From: Octopus sinensis
Taxonomy: Eukaryota
Length of the DNA: 64,000 nucleotides
Direction: 5' to 3'
Assembly: GCF_006345805.1 (NCBI RefSeq)
Contig: NC_043004.1
Span: 20,398,001 to 20,462,000, forward strand
Shown here: positions 63,442 to 64,000 of the stretch, piece after piece
Layout of the letters: every line of letters starts with the position of its first letter
Position numbering within the stretch: the first letter of the stretch is position 1
Made by a program: the position numbers and the translations under genes
The notes under the pieces: model-generated
Told to the model about the DNA's origin: nothing
What the model saw: the letters and a program-made list of their open reading frames with translations, nothing else
The model's database searches: none

Positions 63442-64000
63442 TATATGTGTGTGTGTGTTTGTGTTTGTGGATATATGTTGATATATATATATATATATAT
63501 ATATAGCCATCTGTGTGTATGTGCATATATATATACATAATTGCATATAGAAATATATATTAGTGACAGAGGTAGTATTACTACTGAGACATAATATGTA
63601 TTCCCACGTAAACCTGGATGTTCTATTAGATATACATATATACACACTCAGTAGATATATACATATACACATTCACATGCGGGTGTTTGTTCACATTGTC
63701 ATGTGCTTGTGGCATCAGTTGTTCAGAGACAGCATACAGGAAATATAGTTTTTCCTCAGCCACTGCATAACATTGAGTCAGGCCTGTGTATATGAAAACA
63801 TTGGTATTGACATAAGTAATGTAACCAATATACATGTCTCGTGCTGGTCAGACAAACTGTCTAAAGATGCACAATAACTGACTACACATGTTTTTAGGAA
63901 ATTATAGATGTACATTGGACTACAAGATAGAAATGTGTGCTTTAAGCAGTTACGTTGGATATGATAACATCTGCAGATCTATTTTCAGTTGGTTTCTATA

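Noticed and set aside
1-64000. Most ORFs in the supplied track (YI/HT/CV/YLSI-rich, 60-150 aa)
   Set aside because: They are translations of microsatellites or of SINE/RTE-tail sequence and show no domain signal

Overview
AT-rich eukaryotic non-coding DNA, almost certainly animal. The repeat landscape (tRNA-derived SINEs, RTE/CR1 LINE debris, Penelope-like elements, dense TA/CA/TATG/TCTA/GAT microsatellites) resembles an Octopus genome; that assignment is inferred from recalled repeat families, not from a database search. I found no host protein-coding exon, tRNA gene, rRNA gene or CRISPR array that I can support, so the window reads as intronic or intergenic. Every credible coding sequence belongs to a transposable element: a full-length but dead mariner (23899-25183), a 1.2-kb CR1-type LINE RT fragment (59619-60820), several RTE, CR1 and R4-like relics, and three Penelope-like (PLE) zinc-knuckle/GIY-YIG fragments. 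The most interesting signal is a set of hammerhead-ribozyme (HHR) motifs. One is compact with an intact catalytic core (42664-42708, minus strand); several others have a long insert in stem II. Most sit at (TA)n tracts in PLE-type repeats and are part of, or next to, fold-back inverted duplications. SINE family labels A-E are my own. Boundaries of degenerate relics are approximate (tens of bp).
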